Shown piece by piece: positions 62,701 to 64,000 of a stretch of DNA of 64,000 bases. The translations under genes and the position numbers were made by a program. The stretch's first letter is position 1, and each line of letters opens with the position of its first letter. The DNA is from Catajapyx aquilonaris (lineage: Eukaryota). The stretch spans positions 1-64,000 of the forward strand of contig KZ538015.1 of NCBI GenBank assembly GCA_000934665.2, written 5' to 3'. Under the pieces are notes generated by a model. That model saw nothing but the letters and a program-made list of their open reading frames with translations. It was not told the DNA's origin and made no database searches.

Positions 62701-64000
62701 AACTTGCTTACAAGTCTCTGGAATTTGTTGCTGTTCCGAGCCAGCTGTAATATGGCAGGTTGGGGTCTCTGGATGCCAGGAAAAATAATCCGCCAATAAG
62801 ACGAAGTTTTTTCCCCCTTCAGCTTCAGCAAAAAAAAAAAAAAAAAAAAAAAAAGCTTTCCAGGTCCAATGAGTTTGGGCACACCGGGAAGAGGGGTGGG
62901 CAACTTTTTGCAACTTCATAAATCTTTGATTCCTGGTATGTAACATATTGAGGAACGCAGCCACGTCAGAAGTGCCAGGGTGATGCGGGACATCCCATTG
63001 CACCATGGGAGGAGGAGGGGGGGGGGGGGAAATATTGCAGCTGCTACACTGTAACACTGCAGGAAATACGAGCATTCACGTGAGAAGGGTTGCCAAAAAA
63101 AATACTGATCCTTCTGCTGCAGGATATCCGACATTCTACATCGATTCCCTGCAAATTGAGGCGTGATGTCACGTACAAATAAGAATCAAATAAAATACAA
63201 TAAAAGCGACCGTGTTTTACAACTAGCGGGGTGTAATTGTGCTCCTTCGATGTAAGGGATTTGGGGCGCCTTCTTGATGACTCGTCTTCATAGCGGAAAT
63301 ATGTTGCTAATTAGTGATGTAATATCCTCGGTAACGGGTTCAGAACAAATGCGAACTGGGAGGTCACTTATCAGATCTCAGCAGGAAAGTCATAAATGGT
63401 TACCTGCCGACTTTTACAATTTTTAGCATAAAAAGTGCCCAAGTTACTCTTCTACTAGAGTAAACTATTTGTTTGCATGCTATAGTTATACATATAGCTA
63501 CAGAAGTCAACAATTAGAGGACAGAAGCGCCTGGTCAGTCCTGGTGGAGTTTGTTCGAGCAGTGACTCATCATCAACGTGCACGTAGTTCCACTTTCGCC
63601 CTGAGAGCGGCAGAAGGGTGCATAGCAGTGTTGCCAAAATTTGGCAACGGGTCCGCTACTAGTAGTTACATGATTCTCTTGAACTGGTTGCTAGATAAAA
63701 ACCATTCATAACTAATCCCATCTCCATCTTGGACTATAGACACGGGCAATGTACTTGTGCAGTACAATCACCCGACCCAGCTGCTGTAGTAGGCTTATAC
63801 AGTGAAGTTATTTTACAACGGGCCCTGGATACAGTGGAAGCCTCCCGGAAAATATTTTCGGAACGGAGCGACTCCGCTGTGGACTGGTTTTACAGTATTA
63901 ATTTATATAGTGCTTATAAGACCGCATTTACGGTGGATTGAATAGGATATAAACCCGGATACAGTTAAGTGCGCATTCCATAAACAAATGGGATCCACCG

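Overview
Eukaryotic, intron-rich animal DNA, most likely an insect or other arthropod (inferred from the SINE type and the gene content). Two complete genes can be spliced by hand with canonical GT-AG introns and an unbroken frame. (1) A 6-exon + strand DEK-C/SWIB-domain gene (UAF30/spp27-like, 12596-19771, 277 aa). (2) An 8-exon - strand CFAP206 gene (25932-23419, 644 aa), convergent with the first and preceded by RFX X-box-like and forkhead motifs. A third gene starts head-to-head with CFAP206 as a signal-peptide exon (26639-26750); I found no further exon, so the remaining ~37 kb looks like one very large intron containing MITEs and decayed repeats. The first ~12 kb is homopolymer-rich, probably error-prone sequence that hides small-exon genes missed by the ORF track. 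The best supported is a phase-consistent 6-exon - strand model (7313-5822) with a weak resemblance to degenerate EF-hand proteins such as the CatSper subunit EFCAB9. Mobile DNA includes two copies of one tRNA-derived SINE with perfect 15-16 bp target-site duplications (one full length, one 5'-truncated) and several TIR MITEs. No CRISPR array, rRNA or genuine tRNA was seen.
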